Positions 22,195 to 32,841 of a DNA stretch of 64,000 nt are shown here, one piece after another. The notes below the pieces were generated by a model, which was not told the DNA's origin, did not search any database, and saw only the letters and a program-made list of their open reading frames with translations. The first letter of the stretch is position 1, and every line of letters begins with the position of its first letter. A program made the translations under genes and the position numbers. The DNA is from a virus, in IMG/VR virus record IMGVR_UViG_3300033004_000001, positions 28,613 to 92,612 of that record; one strand, written 5' to 3'.

Positions 22195-22208
22195 TTATAT
22201 GTACTAAG

Positions 22209-22580
22209 ATGAAAGATAATAAGAATTACGGAATGGAAATAATAGTAGATCTTCATGATTGTAATATTAAGAGATTTACTAGAAAAAGTCTAGATGAGTT
22301 TTTCTTAAAGATATGTGAATTAAGCGATATGACTGCAGTGGGTAAGCCCAAATACTGGCACGAGTTATCTAATATACCACACCTTAAGGGTTACTCAGGA
22401 ATACAGTTTATAAAGACAAGTAATATACTAATACATACATTAGATATTACAAGAGATGCTTATATAAATTTTTTTAGTTGTAAAGAGTTTGATGTTGATC
22501 AAATTCTCAGCTTTATTACAGAACATTTTCAAGCAGGACGAGTATATCATAAACTAATATATAGAGGAGAAAATAGATAA
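22209..22580 (+). CDS. S-adenosylmethionine decarboxylase-like pyruvoyl proenzyme (SpeD family, TS variant)
   Basis: G.EII.DLHDC, GYSGIQFIKTSNILIHT, YINFFSCKEFD match class 1B AdoMetDC, with TSN replacing canonical ESH. Confidence 0.8.
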   Translation: MKDNKNYGMEIIVDLHDCNIKRFTRKSLDEFFLKICELSDMTAVGKPKYWHELSNIPHLKGYSGIQFIKTSNILIHTLDITRDAYINFFSCKEFDVDQILSFITEHFQAGRVYHKLIYRGENR

Positions 22581-22969
22581 TGTATAAGATAGAATCTGGA
22601 GTATCTAAAGATAAAATGAGATACTTTATAGAACAAGGAGTGTCGACATGGGGTGATTATTTTATAAAAGATGGAGTTCTAAATTTTCAAATAGTTGAAC
22701 ATAAAAATGATATATATTCAAGACTTACTTTAATACACGAATTAATTGAACAAATGTTATTAGAAGCTAAAGGAGTTAATATAGATGATATTGATAAATT
22801 TGACTTTGAATTTGAAAAAGATCCAGAAAGAACATCTAAATATTTTGAATCTGGAGATGATCCTAATTGTCCTTATAAAGCAGAACATGATTATGCAGAC
22901 TCTGTATTAAAAGAAATGTGTACTAAAATGAATATTAATTTTGAAGATTATATAAATGACGAATTATAA
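22580..22969 (+). CDS. small acidic HExxE...H protein (putative metallohydrolase)
   Basis: TWGDY, IHELIE, ESGDDPNCPYKAEH; translationally coupled to both neighbours. Confidence 0.55.
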   Translation: MYKIESGVSKDKMRYFIEQGVSTWGDYFIKDGVLNFQIVEHKNDIYSRLTLIHELIEQMLLEAKGVNIDDIDKFDFEFEKDPERTSKYFESGDDPNCPYKAEHDYADSVLKEMCTKMNINFEDYINDEL

Positions 22970-24218
22970 GACTAAAGCAGTTATGGTATATGACTACGGA
23001 ACATTTGTAGGATTATCAGAAAGACTTGCTAGAGATTTCGGAAAAGTATATTATTACTCTCCTTGGAAATCTTCATTTCCTCAAACTAAGAATTCGTATT
23101 TAGGACTAGGGTTAAAGAATGTTGAAAGAGTTAATGAATTTTTTGATTATATTCAAGATGTTGATTTAATAGTATTTCCTGATGTAATGGATGGAGATTT
23201 ACAATTACATCTTGAATCATTAGGATGTTCTGTATTTGGATGTAGAAAAGGAGAAGAACTAGAATTGAATAGATTAGCTACTAAAAGATTACTAAAGAAG
23301 TTAGGATTACCAGTTGGAGAATATGAAGTAGTTAAAGGATTAACTAATCTTAGAAAGTATTTAAAAGAACATAAAAATATATGGGTTAAAGTAGATATAT
23401 TTAGAGGAGATTTTGAAACTTTCAAGTCAGTTAATTATGATTTTATAGAACCTAGATTATATGAAATTGAGGTTAATTTAGGACCAATTAAAGAATTAGT
23501 TAATTTTATATGTGAAGAAGATCTTCCAGATAAAGTAGAATTAGGATTTGATGGATACTGTATTGATGGTAAATATCCTACTAAAACATTATCAGGAATT
23601 GAAGTTAAAGATTTAGGGTATATAGGGATATTTAAAGACTATAATAAATTACCTGATCCCATACTAGAGGTTAATGAAAAGCTTTCCCCTATACTAAAAA
23701 ATTATGGATATAGAGGATTATTTAGTACTGAAGTTAGAATTGGTAAAGATCATAAAGGATACTTGATAGATCCTTGTATGAGAGCTGGCTCACCACCTAA
23801 TGAAGTGTATCAAGAGATGTATACTAATTTATCAGAGATTATGTATGAAGGTGCTAGAGGCAATATAGTAGATCCAATTGTTGAACATAAATTTGCAGTT
23901 GAAGTATTAATACATTCTACTTATGCTGAAACTCATTGGTTATCTGTTCAAGTTCCAGAGAAGTATTACAATAATGTTAAGTTTAGAAATTGTACTAGAC
24001 TTGATAAAGTACATTACATAATTCCACAGTATATAGGATTACCAGAAATAGGTGCTGTTACAGTTGTAGGAGATAGTATAGAAGCATGTACTGAACAAAT
24101 TGATAAAATAGCAGATGAAGTTAAAGGATTTTATATTGATATTCCATCTCATGCATTAGATAAAGCTAATGAAGAAATAGATAAGTTGAAAGAATTAGGA
24201 TATGATTTATTTAAATAA
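22956..24218 (+). CDS. PurD(GARS)-like ATP-grasp amide ligase
   Basis: LELNRLATKRLLKKLGLPVGEY, VK, EEDL, GYRGLFSTE, IDPCMRAGSPP align with PurD ATP-grasp blocks (E.NxRFGDP divergent). Confidence 0.7.
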   Translation: MTNYKTKAVMVYDYGTFVGLSERLARDFGKVYYYSPWKSSFPQTKNSYLGLGLKNVERVNEFFDYIQDVDLIVFPDVMDGDLQLHLESLGCSVFGCRKGEELELNRLATKRLLKKLGLPVGEYEVVKGLTNLRKYLKEHKNIWVKVDIFRGDFETFKSVNYDFIEPRLYEIEVNLGPIKELVNFICEEDLPDKVELGFDGYCIDGKYPTKTLSGIEVKDLGYIGIFKDYNKLPDPILEVNEKLSPILKNYGYRGLFSTEVRIGKDHKGYLIDPCMRAGSPPNEVYQEMYTNLSEIMYEGARGNIVDPIVEHKFAVEVLIHSTYAETHWLSVQVPEKYYNNVKFRNCTRLDKVHYIIPQYIGLPEIGAVTVVGDSIEACTEQIDKIADEVKGFYIDIPSHALDKANEEIDKLKELGYDLFK

Positions 24219-24220
24219 TT

Positions 24221-27200
24221 ATGATTAATTGTCCGAATAAGAATACAGATGCATGGAGGTCATTAAACTCTTTAGTTCCAGATTTATCTAATCATATCTG
24301 GCATAAATTAGAGGGACAAATCTCTGATAATGGACATCCTATGGAGGATGTAGATAGATTTAATAAGTTATTAGAAGATAATGATAATGATTATAAACAA
24401 ACTTATTTACAATTTCTTGGAGTAGAAGATGCCAAAATAGATTATCAATTTAGATCTGTTAATAATATAATAAAGAATATTATTAAGATTGATAATTGGT
24501 CTAAACAAATTAAGAATCAAAATCAATTATTTGATAAGATACAGAAGGATCTTGGTATACCTAAAGAACAGATTGAACTTATTAAACAATCTGAAGGAAA
24601 GGATATTAATGAAAAGTTATTAGATTTCATTAGTAAATATAGTTATACTATTGAAGTTAATACTGCTACAGATAATAAAAAATCTTCAGATGAATTTATC
24701 TTTAATGGAGATAACTATGGTTATGAAATAGTTGGTGATGATTATGGCACAGGAGCAGAAGAAACAGTTCCCACAAGAAATGGAATAGAGATTTCTCAGC
24801 AAGAATTTGATAAAGCTAAAGCAGAATATAGAAGAGATACCAATACTCCTTCTCAATACTATTCAAATCTAACAGTTCCAGGAGGTACTAACTATACAGA
24901 AAATGAAATACGTACACCTGATATTACACCCAGTATTAAAGGACATGCTCAGTTTAGTACAGATCAAGGTATAGGTTGGTTTAGAAGCGATGATAAAAAG
25001 AGAGATTTAACTGAAGAACAGATTAAAGAAGAATGGCCTTTAATTGAAGGGAGAAGAGTTTATATAGGTAAAAAATATAAGGATAGTAAAACTCGTCGTA
25101 TATTAGAAATACAATCTGATTTATTTCAGAAAGGTAGAGATGAAGAGGATTTAACTGAATATAAATATACTCGTTCCGATGAAGGAGAAATTAATTTTGG
25201 AGATGAAGATATTTATAGAGCAGAAAGAATGTTTTATGCTGGAAATGAAGAATATGAGAAAGGATTATCAACAAGATTTAGAGAAAAAGATGTAAAGAAA
25301 AATCAATTCTTACAGCTTCTAAACAAAGATAACAATTGGGTTACATTCTTTATTAAATCTATTATTCAAGATAGTGCTAAGAAAGGATATGAGAAAGTAT
25401 TATTTCCTAAAGGTGAAACTGCTGCTAAGGTTGAAGGACATGAAACTTTAGCAAATGAACTTACTAAAATAAATAATGAATTAGAACAACTTCAAAAAAT
25501 AGATTTATCCGAAAAAGGTATAGTAGAAGGAACTGGAATTAAGAATAAAATTGCTAACTTAGAACAACGTAAATCTGAACTTAAATCTCAAGGTATAGAA
25601 AAACTTAAACCTATTGAAGCATTTTATGAAATTAAAGTACAGAATATATTAAAGAAGATAGACCCTAATATTAAAACTATTACAGATGAATTTGGTAATC
25701 AATGGTTAGAGTACCAATTAACAGATAAAGATTTAAATAATATAGAATTTCAGAAAGCAAATGGAGAATCTTATATATTTAATAAGAAATTAAACGATCA
25801 AATTAAACAGATATTACAAAAATTATATCCAGAAGTTAAATTAAATTATACAACTAATTTAGAAGGAATTAGAGGACAATATCAAGCTGGAAAAATATTA
25901 ATAAACTCATTATCACAAAATACAGATACTCTTCCTCATGAATATGCTCATCATTATATTAAGATGTTTATTAAAAGTGATATTGTTAAACAAGGAATTA
26001 AATTATTTGGATCAGAGGAGAAACTAGTTCAATCTATTGGAGAACAATCCATTAGAGCATTAAAATGGTATCAGAAATTATATGATTGGTTAAAAGGATT
26101 ATTTAGTTCTAAACAATCATTATTAAATAACTTAACAAATAGTTTCTTAGAATATAATAGATTATTAGATAAATCTGCTATTTCTACCGAAAGAATGTAT
26201 CAAAAAATTACTAAAGAAGATGTTACTGGAGATACTAAGAAACCATTAAATGATGTATTATCATTACCAGAAGTACCTCTTGAATCTAAATTTACTAAGT
26301 TAGATAAGATGTCTGAAATTAAAGAGAAAGCTATAAAACGATTAGAATTTAAGAGAGAACTAAATATAAAAAGAAAAAAACCTAGTTTTGATCCTGAAGC
26401 AGAAAAAGTATTTATTGAAGAAATAAAAAAATTAGAAGCATCTCAAGCTATGCTTAGATTTACTAGAAGAGCATCAAAAACTGTAGATGGTATATATTCT
26501 CAATGGTTAAAGATAAAAGAAAAAATTAAATTAATAGATGAAGGTAAGCTAAATATAGATAAAAGTGTAGTATTAAATCCTCAAATATTATCTCAATGGG
26601 CTGACTATTTATCAGCTTTTGATTCACTTGAAGAATTTAGAAATGCCCTTGTAGCAGATGGGTCATTATATAAGGATGAAGTTCTAAAGAAGATGTTAAA
26701 TGATACTATTGAAAAAAAGAATGCAATTGAGAAATTATACGATGTAGAGGGATATGATATGATGGCTGGGTTTCTTGAACCTCATAATGATCAGATACGT
26801 AAAGATTTTGAAATTCTAGCTAGTAAGAGTTATAAGAAATTAACACCTGAACAGAAATCTCAAATATCAGAAGAAAGATACATTCAAGTTCAAAAAGAAC
26901 TTAAAGAAACCAAACTTAATGAACAAACTTTTTTAATGTTACGTAATGAATTACAGAAAGCTACAAGTGATATAGGATTAGCTAGACGTTGGGTTGGAAA
27001 TATTTTGAATTCTTCTAATCCAGTTATTGCAGCAGTTGGACAGATAATATCCTTTGCTGAAATGAAAGTTCATGGTAGGAAGATAGAAATTAGGAATAGA
27101 ATGATGCCTATTTTAGAGAAACTAGAAAAGTTAAAAAAAGGATATAAAGATATTAGAGATATATATGATCAAATTTTAGAACCTAAAACTAATCGTTTAA

Positions 27201-29413
27201 TAAGTAAATGGGGTAGTGAATTCTTAGATGCTTATGATAAAGTTAAAAATGATGCTAAGCAAAATGATAAGTTAACTGATGATGAAAGAGGTAATATCAT
27301 TAAGAAATGGCTTGGAGAAAATACTGATTTTGATGGACTTCAATTTCGTAAAGATAAATGGAGTTATATAGATTCTCTTGAAAAGAATGGAGAAATATCT
27401 TCTGAAGATGTAAGAGCTTTAGAAGTAAATGAAGCTGATAAATATTGGTCTAAGTCTCCTCATGCATTATTTGAAGATGGAAGAATATCAGAAAATACAG
27501 CTAATTTAATAGCAGGATGGCAATCTGAGCATTCATGGGATTATAGAACACTTAAAGATGAGTGGCTTAAGAAAAATCCTCAATGGGATAAATTTCAAGC
27601 TTTACGTAAATCTAATCCGAACGATCCCATAGTTGAATTTTATGACTTTATCAAAGAATATGAAGATGAATTTAATTCATATCTTCCAGCTAGTATGAGA
27701 TTAAGAAATGGACAATTACCAGGAGTAATGAAAACTTCTGATGAAAGATTAAAAGCTGGAGAATCATTTCTTAATATAACTAAAGCTAAATTACAAAGAA
27801 CTTTTGATTTCGTAGCTACTGATGATATAACTAGAGGTAATGAACCGTTAATCGATGAAAGAGGAAATAAAAGATATTTTATTCCAATGTATTATACTAG
27901 CAAGTTGGATGCTAAAGATCAATCATTTGATTTAGCTACAGCATACTTTAAATGGTTTTCAACAGCCGCTGATTATGAATCTAAAAATTCTATCTATCCA
28001 GAAATGGAAATGATTAGACATTTTATAGAGACTAGAAAACCAGATATTCAAACTAAAGGAAAAAAAGAATTAAAATTTTATAATAGATTATCAGAACAGT
28101 TTAATGATTGGTTTGAAATGGTATTCTATGGAGTTAAACAAAAAGATGAAGGCAAATTTAAAATATTTGGATTAACTATTGATACAGCTAAATTTTTAGA
28201 TTTTATTAGTAAATCTACTGCTTATAATATTTTATCATTAAACTTCAGAGCTGGTATATCAAATCCTTTAATTGGAGAAGTTTTAAATACTGGTGAGGCA
28301 ATAGCTAAGCAACACATGGATCTTAAATCTTTTCATAAAGCTCATGCTTATTATTTTAAAAATCTTCCTGGAATGTTAGGAGATGTTGGTAAAAGAAAGC
28401 CATCAAATATAGTTAATTTGTTAAGTGAAAAGTTCAAAGTAGATCCTGATCAGATGAACAATAGATTCAGAGATGACACAAGATTGAAAGAATTAGCAAA
28501 GAGTAGTAGTTTGTTTTTTATGATGACATCTGGAGATACTTATTTAAATAATACTTTATTTCTAGGAATGTTAGATCATAAGATAGCTTATGATAAAGAT
28601 GGGAATAAATTAGGATCTATGTTAGATCAATATTCTAAAGATAAACAAGGTAATTTAGTTCTTAATAAAGAAGTTAGTTTAGATAAATCTAATTGGAATG
28701 AAACTGATCAACTTAAATTTGGTAATAAAGTACAATATGTAATCGAAGGAGTTCAAGGTAACTATACACAACTTGGTAAGACTGCTGTACAACGATTTGC
28801 GTTAGGTAGAATGGCTATAATGTTTAGAAAGTTTGTAGTTCCTGGGATAGAGAAAAGATATGATAAAAAACAATTTACTCAAAGATTAGGTGACTATACT
28901 GAAGGATATTATAGAACTACTGGAAGATTTTTAGCTAATTTATATAAAGAATTTAAAACATATCAATTTCATGTATTAGGATTAGAATGGGATAAATTAG
29001 ATCATATAGAAAAAGCCAATATTGTTAGAACTATATCAGAATTAGGATTTATGCTTACAGCTTTAGTTATAGGTGGAGCAATGACTAGAAAAGATAGAGA
29101 TGATAGTGATGATTCATGGTTCTATAATTTCTCTGCATATCAATTATTGAGACTAAAGACAGAATTATTATTCTATACTAATCCTGCAGAAGCAATGCAG
29201 ATATTAAGATCTCCAATGGCTACTATGTCTTTATTTGAAACTACTATGAAGATATTTCACCAAATGTTACATCCTACAGATAGATATACTGCTGGAGTTC
29301 CTGAATGGAAAGGACATCTTAAAATGGAAAAATTACTATATGATTTACTTCCAGTATTTAGAGCTAATTATCAACTTAGAGATATTAAAACTCAAGTTAG
29401 TTTTATGAAATAA
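24221..29413 (+). CDS. large polyvalent virion cargo protein with EIQSD module and HEYAH zincin motif
   Basis: 1730 aa; N-terminal CPN....W..L; PGG.NY.E...GH..F...GWFR...ILEIQSD; LPHEYAHHY; hydrophobic helical C-terminus. Confidence 0.65.
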   Translation: MINCPNKNTDAWRSLNSLVPDLSNHIWHKLEGQISDNGHPMEDVDRFNKLLEDNDNDYKQTYLQFLGVEDAKIDYQFRSVNNIIKNIIKIDNWSKQIKNQNQLFDKIQKDLGIPKEQIELIKQSEGKDINEKLLDFISKYSYTIEVNTATDNKKSSDEFIFNGDNYGYEIVGDDYGTGAEETVPTRNGIEISQQEFDKAKAEYRRDTNTPSQYYSNLTVPGGTNYTENEIRTPDITPSIKGHAQFSTDQGIGWFRSDDKKRDLTEEQIKEEWPLIEGRRVYIGKKYKDSKTRRILEIQSDLFQKGRDEEDLTEYKYTRSDEGEINFGDEDIYRAERMFYAGNEEYEKGLSTRFREKDVKKNQFLQLLNKDNNWVTFFIKSIIQDSAKKGYEKVLFPKGETAAKVEGHETLANELTKINNELEQLQKIDLSEKGIVEGTGIKNKIANLEQRKSELKSQGIEKLKPIEAFYEIKVQNILKKIDPNIKTITDEFGNQWLEYQLTDKDLNNIEFQKANGESYIFNKKLNDQIKQILQKLYPEVKLNYTTNLEGIRGQYQAGKILINSLSQNTDTLPHEYAHHYIKMFIKSDIVKQGIKLFGSEEKLVQSIGEQSIRALKWYQKLYDWLKGLFSSKQSLLNNLTNSFLEYNRLLDKSAISTERMYQKITKEDVTGDTKKPLNDVLSLPEVPLESKFTKLDKMSEIKEKAIKRLEFKRELNIKRKKPSFDPEAEKVFIEEIKKLEASQAMLRFTRRASKTVDGIYSQWLKIKEKIKLIDEGKLNIDKSVVLNPQILSQWADYLSAFDSLEEFRNALVADGSLYKDEVLKKMLNDTIEKKNAIEKLYDVEGYDMMAGFLEPHNDQIRKDFEILASKSYKKLTPEQKSQISEERYIQVQKELKETKLNEQTFLMLRNELQKATSDIGLARRWVGNILNSSNPVIAAVGQIISFAEMKVHGRKIEIRNRMMPILEKLEKLKKGYKDIRDIYDQILEPKTNRLISKWGSEFLDAYDKVKNDAKQNDKLTDDERGNIIKKWLGENTDFDGLQFRKDKWSYIDSLEKNGEISSEDVRALEVNEADKYWSKSPHALFEDGRISENTANLIAGWQSEHSWDYRTLKDEWLKKNPQWDKFQALRKSNPNDPIVEFYDFIKEYEDEFNSYLPASMRLRNGQLPGVMKTSDERLKAGESFLNITKAKLQRTFDFVATDDITRGNEPLIDERGNKRYFIPMYYTSKLDAKDQSFDLATAYFKWFSTAADYESKNSIYPEMEMIRHFIETRKPDIQTKGKKELKFYNRLSEQFNDWFEMVFYGVKQKDEGKFKIFGLTIDTAKFLDFISKSTAYNILSLNFRAGISNPLIGEVLNTGEAIAKQHMDLKSFHKAHAYYFKNLPGMLGDVGKRKPSNIVNLLSEKFKVDPDQMNNRFRDDTRLKELAKSSSLFFMMTSGDTYLNNTLFLGMLDHKIAYDKDGNKLGSMLDQYSKDKQGNLVLNKEVSLDKSNWNETDQLKFGNKVQYVIEGVQGNYTQLGKTAVQRFALGRMAIMFRKFVVPGIEKRYDKKQFTQRLGDYTEGYYRTTGRFLANLYKEFKTYQFHVLGLEWDKLDHIEKANIVRTISELGFMLTALVIGGAMTRKDRDDSDDSWFYNFSAYQLLRLKTELLFYTNPAEAMQILRSPMATMSLFETTMKIFHQMLHPTDRYTAGVPEWKGHLKMEKLLYDLLPVFRANYQLRDIKTQVSFMK

Positions 29414-29428
29414 TATATAATATATCTT

Positions 29429-29478
29429 AAAATAGATAAGGGCTTACCTCAGTAATGAGATAGGCCCTTTCTATTTTT
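29429..29478. terminator. bidirectional intrinsic terminator at the convergence of late (+) and middle (-) blocks
   Basis: AAAATAG..AAGGGC TTACCTCA GTAA TGAGATAG GCCCTT.CTATTTTT hairpin flanked by A- and T-tracts between convergent stops. Confidence 0.8.
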
Positions 29479-29500
29479 ATCAACCTCTTAAATTGATATA

Positions 29501-30481
29501 TTAATTTTTACATATTTCAGCAAGTTGTTCAAAATTATCTATTTTCTTGGGTTTATTATCAGTTACACAAATTTCAACTAATTCTTTAGAATTATCTTTG
29601 TTAAATCCAGATACTACTGGTCTAGATATCTTGCTATCATCTTTATTAATAATGACTTTTCTAGTTATACCTTTCTCTTCTTTATCAATTACAGATGCTA
29701 TAACATCTCTAAGAATATGTTTAATTCTATCAATAGATGTATTTTTATGTTTCTTAATCTTAGCTACTAAATTAACAAGATCTATTTTAGATTCATATCC
29801 AGTAGGAATTAAACCGGTAATAATACTCTTTAAAATATTATCATCATTGAATGTAAATTCGAATATCTTTTCAAATCTACTAGGTCTATCTTTAATAAAA
29901 CTTGGTAATCTATCAGTATCATTAACAGTAGCAATAATAATTAAATTATCTCTTTCTTTAGCACCACTTAAGAATGATAACATATTAGTATCATATCTAT
30001 CAAATGTCTTTTCAAACTCATCAATAATAAGAATAATAGTTCTGTCTTTATCATCTTGTCTAATTCTATCTATTAATCCTGAATAATCAACTGCTTGAGT
30101 AACTAGTATTCCAATTGCATCATACTTATCACATACTTCATCTGCAATCTGTCCAGCTAGAAATGTCTTTCCAGTTCCTGGATCACCATTAAACATTACA
30201 CCAAGCTTATTTCTCATATTTAGTAGAGATCTAGCTTTAGCTAATGACTCATCAAAAAACTCATTAAAGAAATTTCTACATTCTTTAAATATTCCAGTAT
30301 TTAACCTAACGCCTTTTTTATAATCATTATTAATAGCAAATGAAATAACTGGTGGAGCAAATGGGCCATCAGTATTTCTTATTATTAAGTTGTACATTCC
30401 TTTTTCTAATCTATTAGTTATGTTTTCAGGATTAGCACCAACTAATTTAAATTCATTATTTTTAGTATCTATTTCAAACAT
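29501..30481 (-). CDS. AAA+ ATPase
   Basis: Walker A GDPGTGKT, Walker B IIDEFEK, sensor ATVN, Arg-finger DRPSRF. Confidence 0.85.
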   Translation of the reverse strand: MFEIDTKNNEFKLVGANPENITNRLEKGMYNLIIRNTDGPFAPPVISFAINNDYKKGVRLNTGIFKECRNFFNEFFDESLAKARSLLNMRNKLGVMFNGDPGTGKTFLAGQIADEVCDKYDAIGILVTQAVDYSGLIDRIRQDDKDRTIILIIDEFEKTFDRYDTNMLSFLSGAKERDNLIIIATVNDTDRLPSFIKDRPSRFEKIFEFTFNDDNILKSIITGLIPTGYESKIDLVNLVAKIKKHKNTSIDRIKHILRDVIASVIDKEEKGITRKVIINKDDSKISRPVVSGFNKDNSKELVEICVTDNKPKKIDNFEQLAEICKN

Positions 30482-30534
30482 TTTGTTTATTTGTTAAATT
30501 TGGAATATTATTAAAATAAAGCCCTAGGACGAAT

Positions 30535-30572
30535 AAAAAACCCCAAGTGATACTCTAGTACCACTCAGGGGG
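30535..30572 (-). terminator. intrinsic terminator
   Basis: Minus strand CCCTGAGTGGTAC-TAGA-GTATCACTTGGGG followed by TTTTTT; pairing is complete only with G-U on the minus strand. Confidence 0.75.
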
Positions 30573-30616
30573 AGATCGTTTAACTACGAGCTTAGAAATG
30601 GTCTTTAAATAGGTTT

Positions 30617-31363
30617 TTAAAACCAACTTACTATTTGACTCATTAAACCTAGACCAGAATTACCATTACACTTAATCTTATCTATTTCTTTTTCCTTTTC
30701 TAGTATCTCTTTTTGAGCTATAACTCTAGCATTCCTATCAAGAACACCACTCCAGATACGTTTGAAGATATTAGTAGAAGTTAAGTTTTTAACTGTCTTT
30801 TCAAGATCTTTAATACGGAGTTTTAAATCAATAATCTCTTTCTCACGTTTTTCAGCTTCTTGTTCATCAGTCTTATCTTCTTTAACTTTTTTAAGTTCTT
30901 CTTTTAAATTAGCTAACTTTTCAGTTATATCTCTGTTTTTCTTTTCATATTCTAACTTAACATCAAGACGATATTGTTCATACTTATCTTCTATACTTTT
31001 ATTAACTCTTTTGTATTCAGAAGTAATAGAATCTACTTTATTAGTTAATTCTTTAATAGAATTATCTTTTTCATCAATTACTTTCTTATACTTCTTACCA
31101 ACTAATTCTTCAACATCACCAAGATTACGAGTTTCAATAGATTCTACTATAAATTCTTTACTTGCATCACAATATCCACGATCTCTATTTCTACCAGTTA
31201 CAACTTTAACTTCTTTTTGTCCTTCTTCAATCTTCTTTTCAAGATTCTTTTTATCAGCTTCTAATCCTCCAACTTGTTGTAAGAGAATTGCATTCTGTTT
31301 TTCTAAAGAAATTAATCTATCAACTGAAATCTCATTATTAGTGTTAACTACTTTTGTTTCCAT
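30617..31363 (-). CDS. coiled-coil hypothetical protein
   Basis: K/E-rich heptad pattern. Confidence 0.6.
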   Translation of the reverse strand: METKVVNTNNEISVDRLISLEKQNAILLQQVGGLEADKKNLEKKIEEGQKEVKVVTGRNRDRGYCDASKEFIVESIETRNLGDVEELVGKKYKKVIDEKDNSIKELTNKVDSITSEYKRVNKSIEDKYEQYRLDVKLEYEKKNRDITEKLANLKEELKKVKEDKTDEQEAEKREKEIIDLKLRIKDLEKTVKNLTSTNIFKRIWSGVLDRNARVIAQKEILEKEKEIDKIKCNGNSGLGLMSQIVSWF

Positions 31364-31394
31364 TTGCTATATTTGTTAAATTTGTAATTAATAA

Positions 31395-31856
31395 TTAATC
31401 ATATAAATCATAATCTTCATCATCTTCATCTACTGGAATAGTTACTTCTTCTTTATATAAATGTTTATCAACATCTATATGTTCAGATATATTTTTAATA
31501 ATAGTTTCAAAATCCGTAGGAACTATTAATTGTAAACGACTTTTAAGATCATCTATAATTCTATTTTTTATGACATATATTTCTCTAATTTTCAAAGATT
31601 CAAGAGTTTTTTTGTCTAATAATTCTTTTTCTACTGAAAGATTACAATAATTATCTACTCCCATCTTTTTCAGATCTTTACATATATCAATACACTTTGA
31701 AGAAAAATCTTCAATAGTAGTATAATTATCTTTATATTTATCAGATTCTCTTATAGCTTTAAGTTTATTATTAATTTGTGGTAAAATATAATCTCTTTCG
31801 AGAATAGTTACTAATCCATTTATTTGGTCTTTTGTCAAAAATTGTATTGTTTCCAT
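31395..31856 (-). CDS. hypothetical protein, acidic C-terminus
   Basis: ORF in codirectional block. Confidence 0.6.
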   Translation of the reverse strand: METIQFLTKDQINGLVTILERDYILPQINNKLKAIRESDKYKDNYTTIEDFSSKCIDICKDLKKMGVDNYCNLSVEKELLDKKTLESLKIREIYVIKNRIIDDLKSRLQLIVPTDFETIIKNISEHIDVDKHLYKEEVTIPVDEDDEDYDLYD

Positions 31857-31881
31857 CTTTTGGTAATTTAGTTTAACGTTA

Positions 31882-32841
31882 TTATAATTTTTCTATTCCA
31901 TTATTTTCATAGTAAGATCTAGTATGATTCCATTGATTAGTTTCGTAATGCCAACTAATCTCTGGTAATATAGATTCTATTTCATCTAATCCTTTAGATA
32001 ACCATGATTCTTCTATATTAAATACTTTACATTCAGGAATATCTCCTTTTTGTAATCCTATTATATAAGTTTCATGTTTATATTCTCTAAACTCTGGATA
32101 TTGATAATATATTGCTAACCAATAGAAAGCTAATTGTCTATAATATTTTAACTCTTCAAATGAATCATTAAATTTTCCAAGATTAACTGTAGTCTTAATA
32201 TCTATTAATTTGATAATTTTGTTATTATAATCAACTATCATTCTATCTATCATAGACTTACAATCTATTCCTAAAAAATTAAAGAATATAACTTTTTCAT
32301 TATATTCTTCTATATTATTCATTCTATCTTCATCTGTTAAATAGATTAATCTATTAGCAGCAATATGATCTTTAACACATTGTTCTAGATCATTTATTAA
32401 CTTATGATCAGAGTATGTTAGTATATCTTTATATTCAGATCTTTTTTTTAAGTAGCTAATGTACTTGCTAAGTTGTTGTTTAAGCTCTCTTGCTTTTTCA
32501 ATGATCTTTTCTTTAGGAAGTTTATCTGCTGTATAGTTGTTTTTATAAGCATAGATAAGTTTGTCTTCCATTTTTTTAGATCTGTAAGTAATATAGTCTT
32601 CACAGAACTTACGTTGGTTCTCGGATTTAGGTGTACTATAATCCAAGAATATATAGTTTTTATTAAATTCTTCATTTTCAAGTAGTTTCATATGTACCTT
32701 CTTACCAATTTCTAACCATCTCATTGGTAATTGTTCTATCTCTTTATCTAACATTTTCTTAAAATATAAAGGAGATATTTCAAACCATTTTAAAGATGAT
32801 GAAGATACTCGTTTCTCATTAAAATATTCTTTCTCTGTCAT
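31882..32841 (-). CDS. PD-(D/E)xK exonuclease (RecE/DUF3799-like)
   Basis: SSSSLK, G..VH..LLE, CKSMIDR, IDIKT, YYRQLAFY. Confidence 0.8.
   Translation of the reverse strand: MTEKEYFNEKRVSSSSLKWFEISPLYFKKMLDKEIEQLPMRWLEIGKKVHMKLLENEEFNKNYIFLDYSTPKSENQRKFCEDYITYRSKKMEDKLIYAYKNNYTADKLPKEKIIEKARELKQQLSKYISYLKKRSEYKDILTYSDHKLINDLEQCVKDHIAANRLIYLTDEDRMNNIEEYNEKVIFFNFLGIDCKSMIDRMIVDYNNKIIKLIDIKTTVNLGKFNDSFEELKYYRQLAFYWLAIYYQYPEFREYKHETYIIGLQKGDIPECKVFNIEESWLSKGLDEIESILPEISWHYETNQWNHTRSYYENNGIEKL

Noticed and set aside
22956-24218. Calling the ATP-grasp gene purD
   Set aside because: Lacks the PurD N-terminal GxGGRE and the E.NxRFGDPE signature; no purine pathway context
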